A DNA stretch of 64,000 nt from the human T2T-CHM13v2.0 reference genome, Homo sapiens. Shown in pieces: positions 1 through 14,043 of the stretch. Location: the NCBI RefSeq assembly GCF_009914755.1, contig NC_060945.1, one strand, 5' to 3'. Numbering within the stretch: the first letter of the stretch is position 1; every line of letters starts with the position of its first letter. The position numbers and the translations under genes are program-made. The notes under the pieces are model-generated. The model was not told the DNA's origin. It saw only the letters and a list, made by a program, of their open reading frames with translations, and did no database searches.

Positions 1-869
1 ACCTTACCTGATTCATGAATTATAAGTTGAATTCCATATCCAACTGTATTTGCGTTCTTATCTATTCAGATCTTTGTTGTTTTTGTATATTAACATGTTT
101 TCTCTCACTGTACTAGAAATCTTTTTGTTCCCTTTTTTATTAAAGGCATTTGTTGCACTCTCCTTGGCTGGCCCTCCTCCCACCTCCATCCCGTCCAATT
201 ATGTTTGTAACTTCCTGACATATAAATGTTGATAGTAGTATGAAAAGAGATTATCTAGTATAATACACTGTCAAATATGAGTTTTTTTGCTACTGCTTTC
301 TTACAACCTATGACTCTCGAGTCTTTGAAAGCCTAATGAAACTATTGGCAATTCTGTAATTCATTACTTTGTACTCTACAGTGCTTGTTTAACTCTTATG
401 GGGTTTGTTCTATTAAATTACACTCCATAATAATAAAAAAAAAGACTTGCTTTGGCTATTGAAATGTTAGAAAAAGCGGTGTATGTCTATGCAGAAACTT
501 TAAGGGCTTTCTGGCAGTTTTCTGATTGTCAAAACAAAATATAAAAGCCCTTTGTGTGCAATCCCTTCTGGATTCCTCTGTATTGGTAACCACTGCCAAT
601 TGTTCGATGTTCATTATTTCTTGTCTCTTTTCTATGCCTGCATGTACACCTAGATATATAATTATGTAACTTAAGTGGTCCAATTCTCTGTTTCATTTAG
701 GATGCTTTTGCTATACCTAATAGAAAATTTCTTCTGAGACCTTACATATAAATAAAGTCCTTATGGATTAAAGAACTAACATGAAAAATTGTGAAATAAT
801 TAGAAGAAAATTCACATACCCATGCACACACACATACTATTTGCATGGGTTTCATGCATTTCTGCATAT

Positions 870-1303
870 CTTGTATCCACTTTTATTCTGGACAATCTTT
901 ACAGGAAGTTTGTACAGCAAACAGAGTTCCCTTGTGGCAGAAAGCAAGTAAATTTACTGTCCAGGATAATAAAGATAATATCTGCTTACAGGAGAAAGGT
1001 TAGGCAGATTTGCGTATAGCCCCCTTTAGAAGGTTGCCATTTCTTAAGCTCAGGGCTCATCAACTCAAACATAAGCCAACTATATGTATAACATATATGT
1101 GTAAGCATCACTCTGTAGGGCACGGGGGTGATAGGAATCTTTATGAACATGAAGCTCACACTCATACTGCCTATTGTGTGGCTAATAAATTCTTTTGTCA
1201 CTGAACTGGGAGTCCCATCTCTTCTGCCAGCATCTATAAAACTGTGTCAGAATAACTTAGTTTGCAAGTAGTTCAAAATCTCAGATATTTCTTAGTTCCT
1301 GAA
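870..1303 (+). mobile_element. ERVL-class solo LTR fragment (MER77-like)
   Basis: AATAAA at ~1184, then ...ttgcaagtagttcaaaatctcagatatttcttagttcctga, resembling the recalled MER77 terminus; boundaries approximate. Confidence 0.5.
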
Positions 1304-2899
1304 TATATCTGTGTCTACTATTATATCATCTGTATCAATTACCTATCTATCTCTCTATCATCTATCTATCTAGAGATATATCTGAGCAATTTGCTTTGGC
1401 AATAGTAATAATTTTTCTAAGCACGATATACACATTTACACAATGATGAACAAAAGTCTAGGCAGGGAGGCGGGTATAACTCTCTCATGCCCCTTTTTAT
1501 ATATTCACATCTATGTTCTACTTAAATCTTTCAGTGATTCTTCAGCACCTTCATGATGAGGTTACCACTCTTTTGTTATCTAGGTGTGCATATGCCTCTG
1601 CCTGATCTTGCCATTTTTATACTTGGATGATCTCTTTTGCCACTGTTAACTTGTGGATCTCTCTGATGCTATTGATAAACAGTGGTGACTTCACTTTTTA
1701 GTCCACTGAGTGAAAGGTGGAGGTGTTTTAAGTCAAGCTGGCATCTCACTCTTGTAGGTGGATCTCTAAGTTTGCTATCATTTCTGTGGCTCATCTTTCT
1801 TTGCTCCTTTCCTTCAGACTGAATACATTGAACTGTATACAATATAGGTAATATAGACCTGCAACCGAAGGGCCACAAGCTCTCAGAATGTTAGTACGTG
1901 GGCTGAGGAACAATGAAAGATGGTATGGGCTTAACGTATTATGCAAATGAAAGTCTTTTCAAACTGAGTTTAATAAATACTCCTTCTACCATTTCTTCCC
2001 TTTTCAGCTATCCATTTAAATCCATCATGCTGAGGCACTTCCTCCCTTCCTGAAGGTACTTTCACCTCTCTCACAAGAGGAGGAGATTGCAACTTAAGTT
2101 TTGCACATTTGGGTGACACTTTAAGATTCAGCCAAATACTAATAGATCTTTCCTTTGATCAAGCCATAAAGGATTTAGAATGAGAAGTGGCATTAATTCC
2201 AATCTATCTGTTACTAGAGAGAGCTATGTTAGTCTTTATTGGCTTACCTATGATGTAAATAAACCACACCAAGGTGAAAGTTCATATAAAAAATTAAGTT
2301 AACAAAGATGTGCTTTTTCTTATTAGCCTGACTTTGATCTTGCTCATTGGGAATAGTAAATTTTACCACTGATATGACTATGAAAAGTTTTGCTTTTTCT
2401 TGACTCACTTGAGCCATGTTTGCATTATAAGAAAAACTACACTTACCGTAAGTAAATGGCACTCTCTATCTCTCTTTCTCCTATTGAAGTGTAATGGTGC
2501 CAATCCTGATTACAGTCTTTTATTATTATATACAAGGAAAATTCTATTTCATCCTGTTACACTTGAGTTTTCATTTAATCAGTTTACAGGTTGCCCTTTG
2601 CCAATTCTGTTAATTTAATTTCCTAACATTTTCATTTATGCGCTCTCAGTTCCAACTGTTTCAAACTCTTCAGGTTCCCTACTATGAGTTATTGATTTTT
2701 TTTTTCATTTTCATGAAGCTTCATTCAAGCAAAATCTTACATGAAACTCAAAAATACAGAATACATAAGAACACAGTTGCTTCGATGGAAGCAATTGAGT
2801 AGCCTCAGCGTTCCATCCAATTATCTTTTTCCAGCTCCAATCCACAGACTGCCATATTTCTCACAACTTCTGTCCACTGTCTCCCACTCCTTCATCTGG

Positions 2900-3167
2900 T
2901 CAATCCCTTCTCCTATATCAATTTTTAATTCTTGGAAGTCTTTTCTACCCTGCCATTATCTCTGAGATGTCACAGCAGTCAAATCTACCTCTATCATAGT
3001 ACATCACATCTATCTGTTAGAGTGGGGTATCTCTCACTGACAAAGGGTCAGATACTGTTTGAAACCAAATATGACTCTTGCATTTTGTGTTCCTAATGCC
3101 AATAATAGTACCCAAGCCATGGTAGTTGTTCAATATAAGTGTTTTCTGAGTGAATGTATGGATAAAT
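2900..3167 (+). mobile_element. L2 LINE 3' end fragment
   Basis: Degenerate L2 tail ...ggtagttgttcaatataagtgttttctgagtgaatgtatggataaat. Confidence 0.5.
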
Positions 3168-3177
3168 AAGAATTTCT

Positions 3178-3491
<314 letters not shown>

Positions 3492-4071
3492 ATGAATTTC
3501 TACAGTGACATCTCTGCCTTAAAGCATTTGTTTTTTGTATGTTCATTTTACTCAACAAATATAACCAACTGTTAGTTCTCCATCATCAAGGAAAAAGAGG
3601 AATGAAATGCACAATATTAAAATACTTCAGTTTGGGATTAGGATTACTTCTATTTTTAATGGATACTATTTCCTTTGATTTTCTGGGCAGTCTCATGTTT
3701 TTCTCAAAATCATTGAGCACCACGATAAAGTTGACTTAGACAGAAATTGAACAGTGCCTAAGTTTGACTGTTTCTATTCCCTTTTAAAATGCTTCCCATG
3801 TACCACACAGCCCAGGAATGGGGATCATCATCTCTCAGGTGAATGCAAATTGACATCCTAAAATGAGGCACCACTGAGTGTTTTATATACCTTGCCACTT
3901 CCCTAGGAGAAGTAATTATTTGGTACAAATTACATTTTTACTTAGTAGCTTATCCTGTGGGAGTGTGTGTGTGCGTGCGCACACACATATACACGTTGGG
4001 GCCAAAAGAATCTTAAGTGTAGACTATTTACAGAGTAGCAGATACTCTCAATGAAGAAGGTAAATCAAAGC

Positions 4072-4175
4072 ATATATATATATATATATATATATATGTA
4101 TACACATACATACACACACATATGCTCACATATATGATATACATCATATATGCATATATATATAAATATATAAAT
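4072..4175. repeat. (TA)n/(CA)n low-complexity microsatellite
   Basis: Direct reading: atatatat...gtatacacatacatacacacaca. Confidence 0.85.
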
Positions 4176-7100
4176 AGTTTTTGTTAGGAGCCATATTATA
4201 TAATCTGCTTTGGTGTGATAATCCCATAAGATGTGCTTAATTTAAAGTCCAATGCCCTATACCATGACATACAGAAAAAAGATTACTTTCTGCTCATCTC
4301 ATTTCACATTTGCAACACACTAAATTATCAGTTTTTACAATGCAGCAGTGGTTTGGGCTTGCCATCCCTAACTATTACTAAAGGTGAATGACAACAGATA
4401 TTTTGGGCATCCTGAGTAGCCTGAAGTCTTCCTCTTCTATCCACTTAAAATGACTTAAATCCTTGGCCTGTGTGCAATGTAAAACCAACACCCTCTTCCT
4501 TATTTCTGAGGGTTTTAAAGGAATTGATGTTGTCCAGATACCTCCCATTCTGCATTCCTTCTCCTCCTGATTTCTGATTTACTCACCTTCCTATCATTGC
4601 TCCTGGGATTGTTTGCCCTCCTCCAATTTCTTTAAGTGTTAACAACTTTTTTTTATGATCCTTCTTCAAAGAAATCAACTAAACATAACTATCATAATTA
4701 GCATTTTTAATGGAAAGATTCAGGATAATGGACAAGAATTACAACACAGTCAACAACTTCAACTTGAATATGTTAAATATCAGGTATTTCCTCATTTACC
4801 TACTTAGAGCGTTTTTCAACAGGTGCCTTTCTCCCAGTTGCCAAGATCTTCCTAACTTCTCTTAAGTTACATCTTCCAAACCCCAGATTCTTTAGTCTGC
4901 AGAGCAATATCACTCTCAACCTTTATGCTATACCAGGCCATGGAACTAACTTTGAGAAGCTAAAATATTCATTAACAACTTTCTTAAACAAAATTGTCAT
5001 TTACCTCTGAAGCAGATGCTGCCTTTGCCTGGAAAGTGAAAACACATTTTATTTTTTAAAAATAACAACGATGGTATATAGATGCATGCGTATGTGTATA
5101 TATGCTTTCTTTTATACCTAGAGGTGCTGCCCTTACTGTGAGAAATTGTTCATTCAGGTAGCTGTGTCTTTACCATTATGATAGCTTATATGGATGTACA
5201 TCTAACTGTATTATATACACATGTATAACACATGTATATACAGTGTATGTTTTGATGTTTACCCACAATAAGAACACTTTCTTGCTGAATACAATTTTAA
5301 AAACTCAATTTGTCTCTGGAAATTTAGGGACCAAAAAAAACCTCCAAAAATCAGTACTTTTGTCTGAAAATTACCCAGGAATTAAAATATGTATTGTCAG
5401 GTTCATTTTGCCCTTCCTATGAAACAGCATTTTGTTACACAACTTCATTATTAAAACATTATTTTTTATGTGTCCAACAACTTATATCCTGACTTATCTT
5501 TTTTTTTTTTATGTATAGTAGGTCCAGAGCCCCTTACTCTATTTTCCACTGTAAAATCTTTGTTGATTCCATTTATTTCATATCATTATATATTTTGGAA
5601 TTTGATCATATTTAAGCCAAAATTGGGGAAAATTTCAATGCATCTTTAACTTAAAAATATGGAATCTTAAAAATATTTAAATGAACTTTAATGTAACACT
5701 CCAGTTTATTATTTTCATAGTGTTTACAACATTTTCCTAAAGTAAAAGTGGATGACCATGATAGAATTCCTACTCACCTCCTGTTTTCTGGTTTAAATAA
5801 CTATCAATTAAAATATGACAGCTTTTTCTGTTATCATATTTATAGTCATATTGATGGAGATTCCTTTTATTTACAGAATTTTATTGATTTTGCAAGTTCC
5901 TAAAAGGTACTTGGAAGGAACAGTAATGGAATGGATGGATGCATTGCCTTGTAGATCAATCAAAGAGAATTTCACGGATTGTAAAGTGAGAACACATTTA
6001 CTGAGGTCAGCATTTTTGTTCCTGCTGCTCTTTCTGGAACTGCAGCCAGCGACTTATTAGTACTGGTTGCATACTTTCTGGAATAGCAAGCGAATAAGAG
6101 CACAATACAGCAGAGTTTCTTGGCAGGGAGTTGCATTTTCTTAACTGCTTTAATTCTCATGATTGCATTAGGTGCAGTTCATCTCTGATGAAATGCTCTC
6201 AGCCAAGACTTAGGAATATATCAAATAGGAGCTGATGTTTCATTTCTTGGAGCAGGGCACTCAGTTGTAGATACAGGCATGGATGAACTCAAGTGCAGTT
6301 GCAGTAGAAATGAAAAAGCTAACAAATAGTTTGGGTAATATTATATTTTATTTTCTTCTATGTCATTTCATAAAAGATAATGCTGCAATCAGGTTGGTGT
6401 GTGAATGTGCGCATGAGTATGTGTAAAAGCCTATGAGTATGTTTGTGAATTTGTGTATATATGTATGTTTATACTCCAATAAAAACCGTGTCTATTTGAG
6501 TCATGAATAGACTTTACATAAGCACAGTTGAATCTCACGTTCAGCAGTGTAGGTAGAAATTTTTACATTGTCTGGAAATTGCAAGCGGAAGACTGTGATT
6601 TAGGGATGGGATATAAAGAGGTTCAGCAATGAAGGACTACGTAGAGAGAAGGGCCACTGGAGAACCCATTGGAGGTAAAATTGACCTCATGTTTTGAAAA
6701 AGTGATAAAAATAAGTGAACAAATGGCAACCATCAACAAAAATGACACAATTCCTTCCTTTGGAGTGTCATTAGGGAGTTATGTGTTATAAAATTCATTA
6801 TTGAAATTCGAGGCATGAAAGCTCATGGCCCAAGTAAAGTGGGGGCAGAGACTGAGTTAATGGAAGGGCTATGTAACCATTAATGGCTCATCCCAAGCAT
6901 AGCTGACCATGACCTCCTAGCTGACCACGACCTCCACTGTGTGCAGTGGAATCCTGGGAAATTTAAGAGCTACTCTCTGATATGCTGAGACTTTGCAGGC
7001 CCATTCAGAGAGCTAAATAAAACAACATGGTTGCAGGTAATGGCAACAAGCTAAATAGCTAAAATCACCCACGACATTTAGATATGTATTCCAGGCTGTT

Positions 7101-8399
7101 AGTTTAATGTTTGCTGTATGTACTATGTAGTCTTTTCTGTTAATTATATTTCTTAACTAATTTTTAGAAAGAGTACTCTACTTGAAGTTCATAACTGATA
7201 GGGAGAAAGGTGGGAATGGGAATGGGAAACTGTACAAATATTTAATGACTCTAAATATTTGAGAGAACTGAGGAAATATCACATGGATTATGGTGCTAAA
7301 AAGGACTGTTATCTAACTGAGTTTTTGTCCTGATCCACTTCCTGTTCCTTATCTTATTGTACTATTCCATCTTCTGCCACTTAAATTCACAGAAACAAAA
7401 TGCAAGTAAATGCATCTCTTTTTCTTGCCTTCCCAGACTGATTTAATAAAAATGGCTAGATTTCTAGGAAGAGAACATCTTTTTGGAGTCCACTCCCTGA
7501 GCTGCGAATAAATGGAAAGCTTACACAGGAATTGAAGAATTTGAAAACGTGGATAATTTGCTCCTTGACCTTTGGACAATTTACTTAACCTCTTTAAATG
7601 TCAACAGCTTTCTTACAAAATGGGAGGCAAACTTGATAATCCCTAAAATTTAAAAATGTATAACATTATACAGAGAGGACAGTGGTAAACTTAGGACTGC
7701 TGCCCTTTCTATATGATGTAATTTTATATAAGACAAACCTATAACAGGTCTAATGGACCACTGTTTACAGTTTGAGTCACCAGTGCCTTACCCATATTTC
7801 CTTTTAACTATATCTCATAAATTCATATGAAAAACCCTTATAGACCTATTCCACATAAGGGGAAGGAAAACTAGGAAGCATGAAAAATGAATATTAATTT
7901 AATTAAACTTTTCTATAATGGCTCACTGTCTGTTCCAGAATCTGAAAAGTCCCAGATACCAGAAAGCTGGAAAAAAATAGAGCCAGAAAATGGGACTAAG
8001 AAGGACTCTGCTTTCATAGTAAAATACTCAACATCCTTGCTGTTTTTAATAATGTGGAAAGTTGATAATGGTGGTGGTATGGCTGGTGGGTTTGTGTGTA
8101 CGTGCATGTGGTGTATATAATTATATACATATAATTACTTTTAGAGCTCTTGCATCTTGAAAAACACCCATCTGTTTGGTAACATTTTATGTTGTGGCAC
8201 TTTCCTCACATTTGAAAATGCGAATTTTGATACAAAGACGTGTATTGTTTTTTTTTCCACACTAAGATTCAGAATGTTCTGGCACAGATATTTCTCATTC
8301 ATGTTAGATATCTACATTCAGTATAACATTAGCTATTTAGATATCAATAAGTAGAATTCTTTTTATATGGGAGTTACTGGGTGAGTCCAACTTGAAGTT

Positions 8400-9230
8400 G
8401 AGGATATTTTAGACAAAGACAAAAGCATAATGTAGATAAATGCATCAAGCATAAAAAGGAAAAGATCAAAGTGAAGAAAAGAAAAGTAATGGAGATAAAC
8501 CCAGAAAGGTGGACTTGGAGTAATCATGGGGACCCTTGAGCTTTATTTGGCAAGTAAAGGCTAAACTTACTGAAGGTTTATATGCAGGAAGTTTGCATGA
8601 TCATTGCTGAGCTTTATAAATAATTTAGTAGAAGTATATAAAATTAAATAAAATATATAAATACTAACAATGGGGAGTAAAATTAGGAAGACCATTTTCA
8701 TAACCTTCTCAAACATGTGAAAAAAGAAAAAATGTGCCACTCCACACACTGGAGTGAAATGAATGGAATGAACAGCAGTAGAGAAAAGACATTCTGAGTG
8801 TCCAAATCTTAGTGTCTGAGACATAGTATTATCATTAGAAATGGGCAACACAGAAGATGATTGGATTTGCTTAGGTTTTTAAAGGAGGATGATGAAATTT
8901 TGCTGGAAACTGAGAATTGGAGTTGACAGCATGCTATACACATGACACTTCCCTAGCGGCATTTGGAAATGCCTAGAGAAGTTAAAGCTTGAAATAGAGA
9001 TTTGTGTGGTGGCTTCGCAGGTGTGGTGGCTGTAACCCTGGAGGAGATCCCCTTGAGAAAGAACAGGAAAAAAAAAAAAAAAGAAAATGATAATGTGTTG
9101 TTGGGAGAAACTCCTACATTTGTAGATCAGCAGGAGAAATAAGCCAGAGAAGCAAACAAGCTGAAGGTAAGAATCAGGAAGCGTGTCAAGAAACTACATT
9201 GACTCTGACTAGGCAATGTGAAAGTTTTGA
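8400..9230 (-). mobile_element. L2 LINE fragment
   Basis: Purine-rich, diverged antisense L2 body. Confidence 0.45.
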
Positions 9231-10849
9231 TGGTAGTCGCCCAGGTATTATTGATTACTGTGAACTGACCGGTGCTTCACTTAAAACTTGAATTCCTGTC
9301 CAAATTTAAATGTTGAACAGATCATACAATGGAGACTGTTTAATGAGTGTTATAAGGAGGTGCCCCCAAAGAATTCGGAAATTACAGAAATATGTTTGCT
9401 TTTTGTCAATAAAACAAAACAAAAATCAAACCTATTGAAAATCGAGATCATATTCTTTGACCTAGCTAGAAAATTGTAATTAAAGGGGAAATGGATTGGT
9501 TTGTACAGAAAAGGTCCTTTTAGAGAAGCAAGCTTTGGAATTTTAGTTCCAGCATTGTCCCGGGAGAGAGATGCAACACTTGAGGGACTCAGCTCATTCA
9601 TGAGAAAAATGTTCTCTTCTGTGGGCGGAAATACTTCTTTAGGCTTCATCAGAACAAAATAACCCCCATTTAAATCCTTGAGCTTTGCTTTAATTCTGTG
9701 CCATCGATCAACCTACTTATCCAATTATTGGCTATGAATATTAAAGAAAGCATGGGAATTAGAAGTGGTATTTTCTACAGTGTTAGTTTTCTACAATGTT
9801 GGTATTCTTAATTATACAACTATTTTATGAGAATTAGTTAGAGTCATTTTATCACCTATTTCTGGGTGCAGTGTTAAGTCCCAGTTTCTGGTTTCAAGTT
9901 GAAGAGAAGACTGCAGATTACGGTAGACCAGCTTGGGTCACGTTACCCTGAGAGACCACTTCAGATCCATTTCCACTGGACTTACCTTTCTTCTCAACTT
10001 TTTACCATTCATTTTCTATTCCAAGAATTTTCAAATCTGCAGTTCCCTGGTGATCAAATGGTCTTTTCTTACAAAACTTGTATTCAGATCTGCCAGGAGA
10101 ACCATCAGGTGTTATACTGTTTTCTGACAAATATATGCAGACAATAGCTGGCTGCATGCCTAGATTAGTGTGTGGTAAACACAGTTGACTGATTGACTGG
10201 GATCTACTTTGCATTTGATGGTTGCAGAGTACTTAAGTGCTTTGTGTATTTCTATCTTTGGGTTGCTTAGAGATAGAAAGCCCTAAGGTTTTAGAATCCC
10301 AGGATAATTATATTTCAGAATGAGAAGACATAATGAGCTATAGTTTAGATTCCACTAAAACCAGAGTATTCAGTAATTTTTATAGACCAGTTAATTTACT
10401 CATCTTCCTTACTATATTTGTTTTCTCTTTCAGTGACTGGAACTATTGTTTTCCAGTAAATCCTAGAGGGAAACACTCTGTAAATGAATTGATAGTTACA
10501 TAAATATAATATTTGTCAAGGCACGAAGTGCTAGGAGCATATTTTCCAGGTTAAGCACCATAAATTAATCCATACATACTGAGAAATTAAGAAGTAGGAA
10601 CACTATAACCATGTATATACACATATTCTGCTTAAACATTTGTGTCGATTGATTTGACTTTTCTTTAAATCCAATATTTCTCCAATATCTATTTTTCTAA
10701 CATCTTTAACACCATAAATAATAAAATGTTTCATGATTTTAATTATTATGACAAGTATGCTTTTTATACAGAGAGATTAATTTCCTTGTCTATTTCTGTC
10801 AATGGGTACTGTTGAAAATAAATTGTGTTTAAAAAGTTTTTGTATGATT

Positions 10850-11087
10850 ATAGGCATGAATTCTGTGGCAAGATGGTCTGAATTTGAACCCTAGTTTCCT
10901 CAAATATTAACTGTGTTACTTTCGGCAATTTACTTAAACTCTATGAGTCTCACTTTTCTCATCTATAAGACGGGAGAGTAATAGCTCCTAGTCCCTAGTG
11001 TTGTTTTGTGAATGATTTAAAATATATAAATCACTTAGCATAGTGTCCAGAACATATTAATGCTAGGTGATAGTTGGCCATTATTAT
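10850..11087 (+). mobile_element. MIR SINE
   Basis: MIR core ggcaatttacttaaactctatgagtctcacttttctcatctataa and 3' ...cacttagcatagtgtcc. Confidence 0.8.
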
Positions 11088-12497
11088 AACTCAATGTGCA
11101 TTTATTTAGGTATTCAGATATCTTACAGAGATTTTTCAGAATAATAACATCCTAATTTATGAAAAATTACTTCCTGCTACTGAAAATTAATTAGGCTATC
11201 CTTTTATAAAATTATATATTCGACATTTATTCAATATAATTGAATATTTCTTTCCCCAACCTTCTACATTGGGGTACTATAATTTCATTAACTTTTCTAA
11301 CAAAACCAAGTGATTATATTGAGACAGTAACATAACCAACATTTTCAGAACTTGCAACATTGGTCTAGTAATTTACAGCTACCCAGATTAATTTGAAAGC
11401 TATTTACATGTAATTAGTAGGATTTCTTGTATTCGGTCAATAATATTATCTTTGATTGGATAATAGTAACCAAGGCTTGATATACATGTTTATACATAAA
11501 GCTTATTTTACTTTAAATTTCTGGGGTCATTTATTGTAAAGGGAATCATATCAGTTATTTGATATCTGAGAGGATAATTCTTTATATTTGAAAATTATTA
11601 TATTTTATTGTGGCACTTATAGAACATTTTTTCTGTTAGCCTCTTAGCCTAAAGCACTGAAATATTATGTAGAATATTGTGTTAGGGTACAACAATAAGG
11701 GAATTTGATTTTACAATTAGGAGAATTTGTACAGCTTGTTCCAATTATCACTCTTCATTTTATATATACAACTAACCTTAAGGCCTCATTTACATGAAAG
11801 TTGGTTCACTTTCAACCGGTGTGCATGTCACTTGTGATGATTTCTAGTCTACTTCATGCAAAGCAATTTCAGTAAGTGCTTACCTTGAAGTGATTTATGT
11901 TCACACAAAGACCACGGGGATCCCACTTACTGATTCCATCATACGACAAGCTCTCATAACTCTCTATTTCTCTAGAAATAATATTTTATATAATTGCATC
12001 AGGTTATATTGTTTAAAATGTTGAATCTGTTTCTTACCTCTTCCCTGGAGGTTATAAAAAAAATCACTTTTTTTCCTCCATTGTAAGAAGATTTTAAAAT
12101 TTTTCTTTCTATGGTATCATTGAATTCAGGAGGGCGGGGCAAGTGAGTTTAGGAAGAAGTAAATACTGATAAATTCTATAAGGTAAACATGAAAAGCCTT
12201 AAAGAAAGCAGGTTATATTCAGAATCACATTAACAAAGTAAAGGTTCAAAACAGTATTATTTTTATATAAGAATTACAACTTTGATGCTTTGAAAATAAA
12301 TTATTTGTATGTCAATTATACATGACTAATTTCAATTTTAAGTTGTTATTCTTTGTAGTAACAAATCTAGAATATTAATCTTTACCTTGTTAAAAGCCTG
12401 CTTTTATTTACTACAAATACATTGTGTAGTAAACAAGATGTTCAAGTCAGTAAAGCAGAACACTTCAACATCTCTGCTCATTAGAAAGTGGCATTTG

Positions 12498-12803
<306 letters not shown>

Positions 12804-13146
12804 TCAATATGATATTGAATTCATCTTTAACCTATATGTGAAAAGATGACCTGATAGGCATTAAAAAGTTGTTTTTTCTGAATGCTTGCTTATATAGCAT
12901 AGAATGGAGGGTGGGCTGTTAAAATGAGGCAATAACCTGTTTCATTCGGGGTCAATGTGTTCAAGAAAGAAAGCTTGATATCCTGTCAAGTGTTTATGAA
13001 ATATATTACTGTGTTTCTAAGACTTCATAAAGAATCTCAGAAGCTTCCAGTTTGAAGCCTGAGAATATGGCTTGAGTTTGTTTAAGGGTCAAAGAAACCA
13101 GATTATGGTTATTTTTCCTTTCACTTTGTGATGATTTCACTGATGA

Positions 13147-13617
<471 letters not shown>

Positions 13618-13665
13618 TGGAAAAGTTTTAAAAATGAGTCTGAAATTTCATTACTGCACCGTACC

Positions 13666-14043
13666 TGATATGGTTTAGCTTGTGTTTCCACCCAAATCTC
13701 ATCTTGAATTGTAATCTGAATCGTAATACCCACATAGTGGGGGCGGGACATTTTGGGAGGTGATTGGGTCATGGAGGTGGTTCCCCCATGCTGTTCTCAT
13801 GAGAATGAGTGAGTTCTCATGAGACCTGATGGCTTCATAATGGCCTCTGACCCCTTTGCTCAGCACTTCTCTCTCCTGCTGCCTTGTGAAGAGGGACGTT
13901 GTTTGCTTCCCCTTCCATCATAATTGTAAGTTTCCTGAGGCCTCCCCAGCCATGTGGAACTGTGGGTCAATTAAACTTCTTCCCTTTATAAATTACCCAG
14001 TCTCAGCTATTTCTTTATAGCAGTGTGAAAACAAACTAATACA
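13666..14043 (+). mobile_element. MaLR solo LTR, THE1 family (THE1C/D-like)
   Basis: tgatatggttt...cccaaatctcatcttgaattgt...aactaataca, 378 bp, TG...CA ends, 5-bp TSD gtacc/gtact. Confidence 0.9.

Noticed and set aside
8-214. Minus-strand exon candidate ending in CAG|GTAAGG
   Set aside because: Weak acceptor and stops in all three frames; a lone donor is expected by chance
2441-2453. Back-to-back donor palindrome acttac-c-gtaagt (similar gtaag-tg-cttac at ~11872)
   Set aside because: Short; no supportable exon on either strand at 2441; compatible with chance in 64 kb
5877-5906. Second 30-nt AG...GT segment on the + strand
   Set aside because: Weak donor (GTACTT) and intron-like T-rich composition
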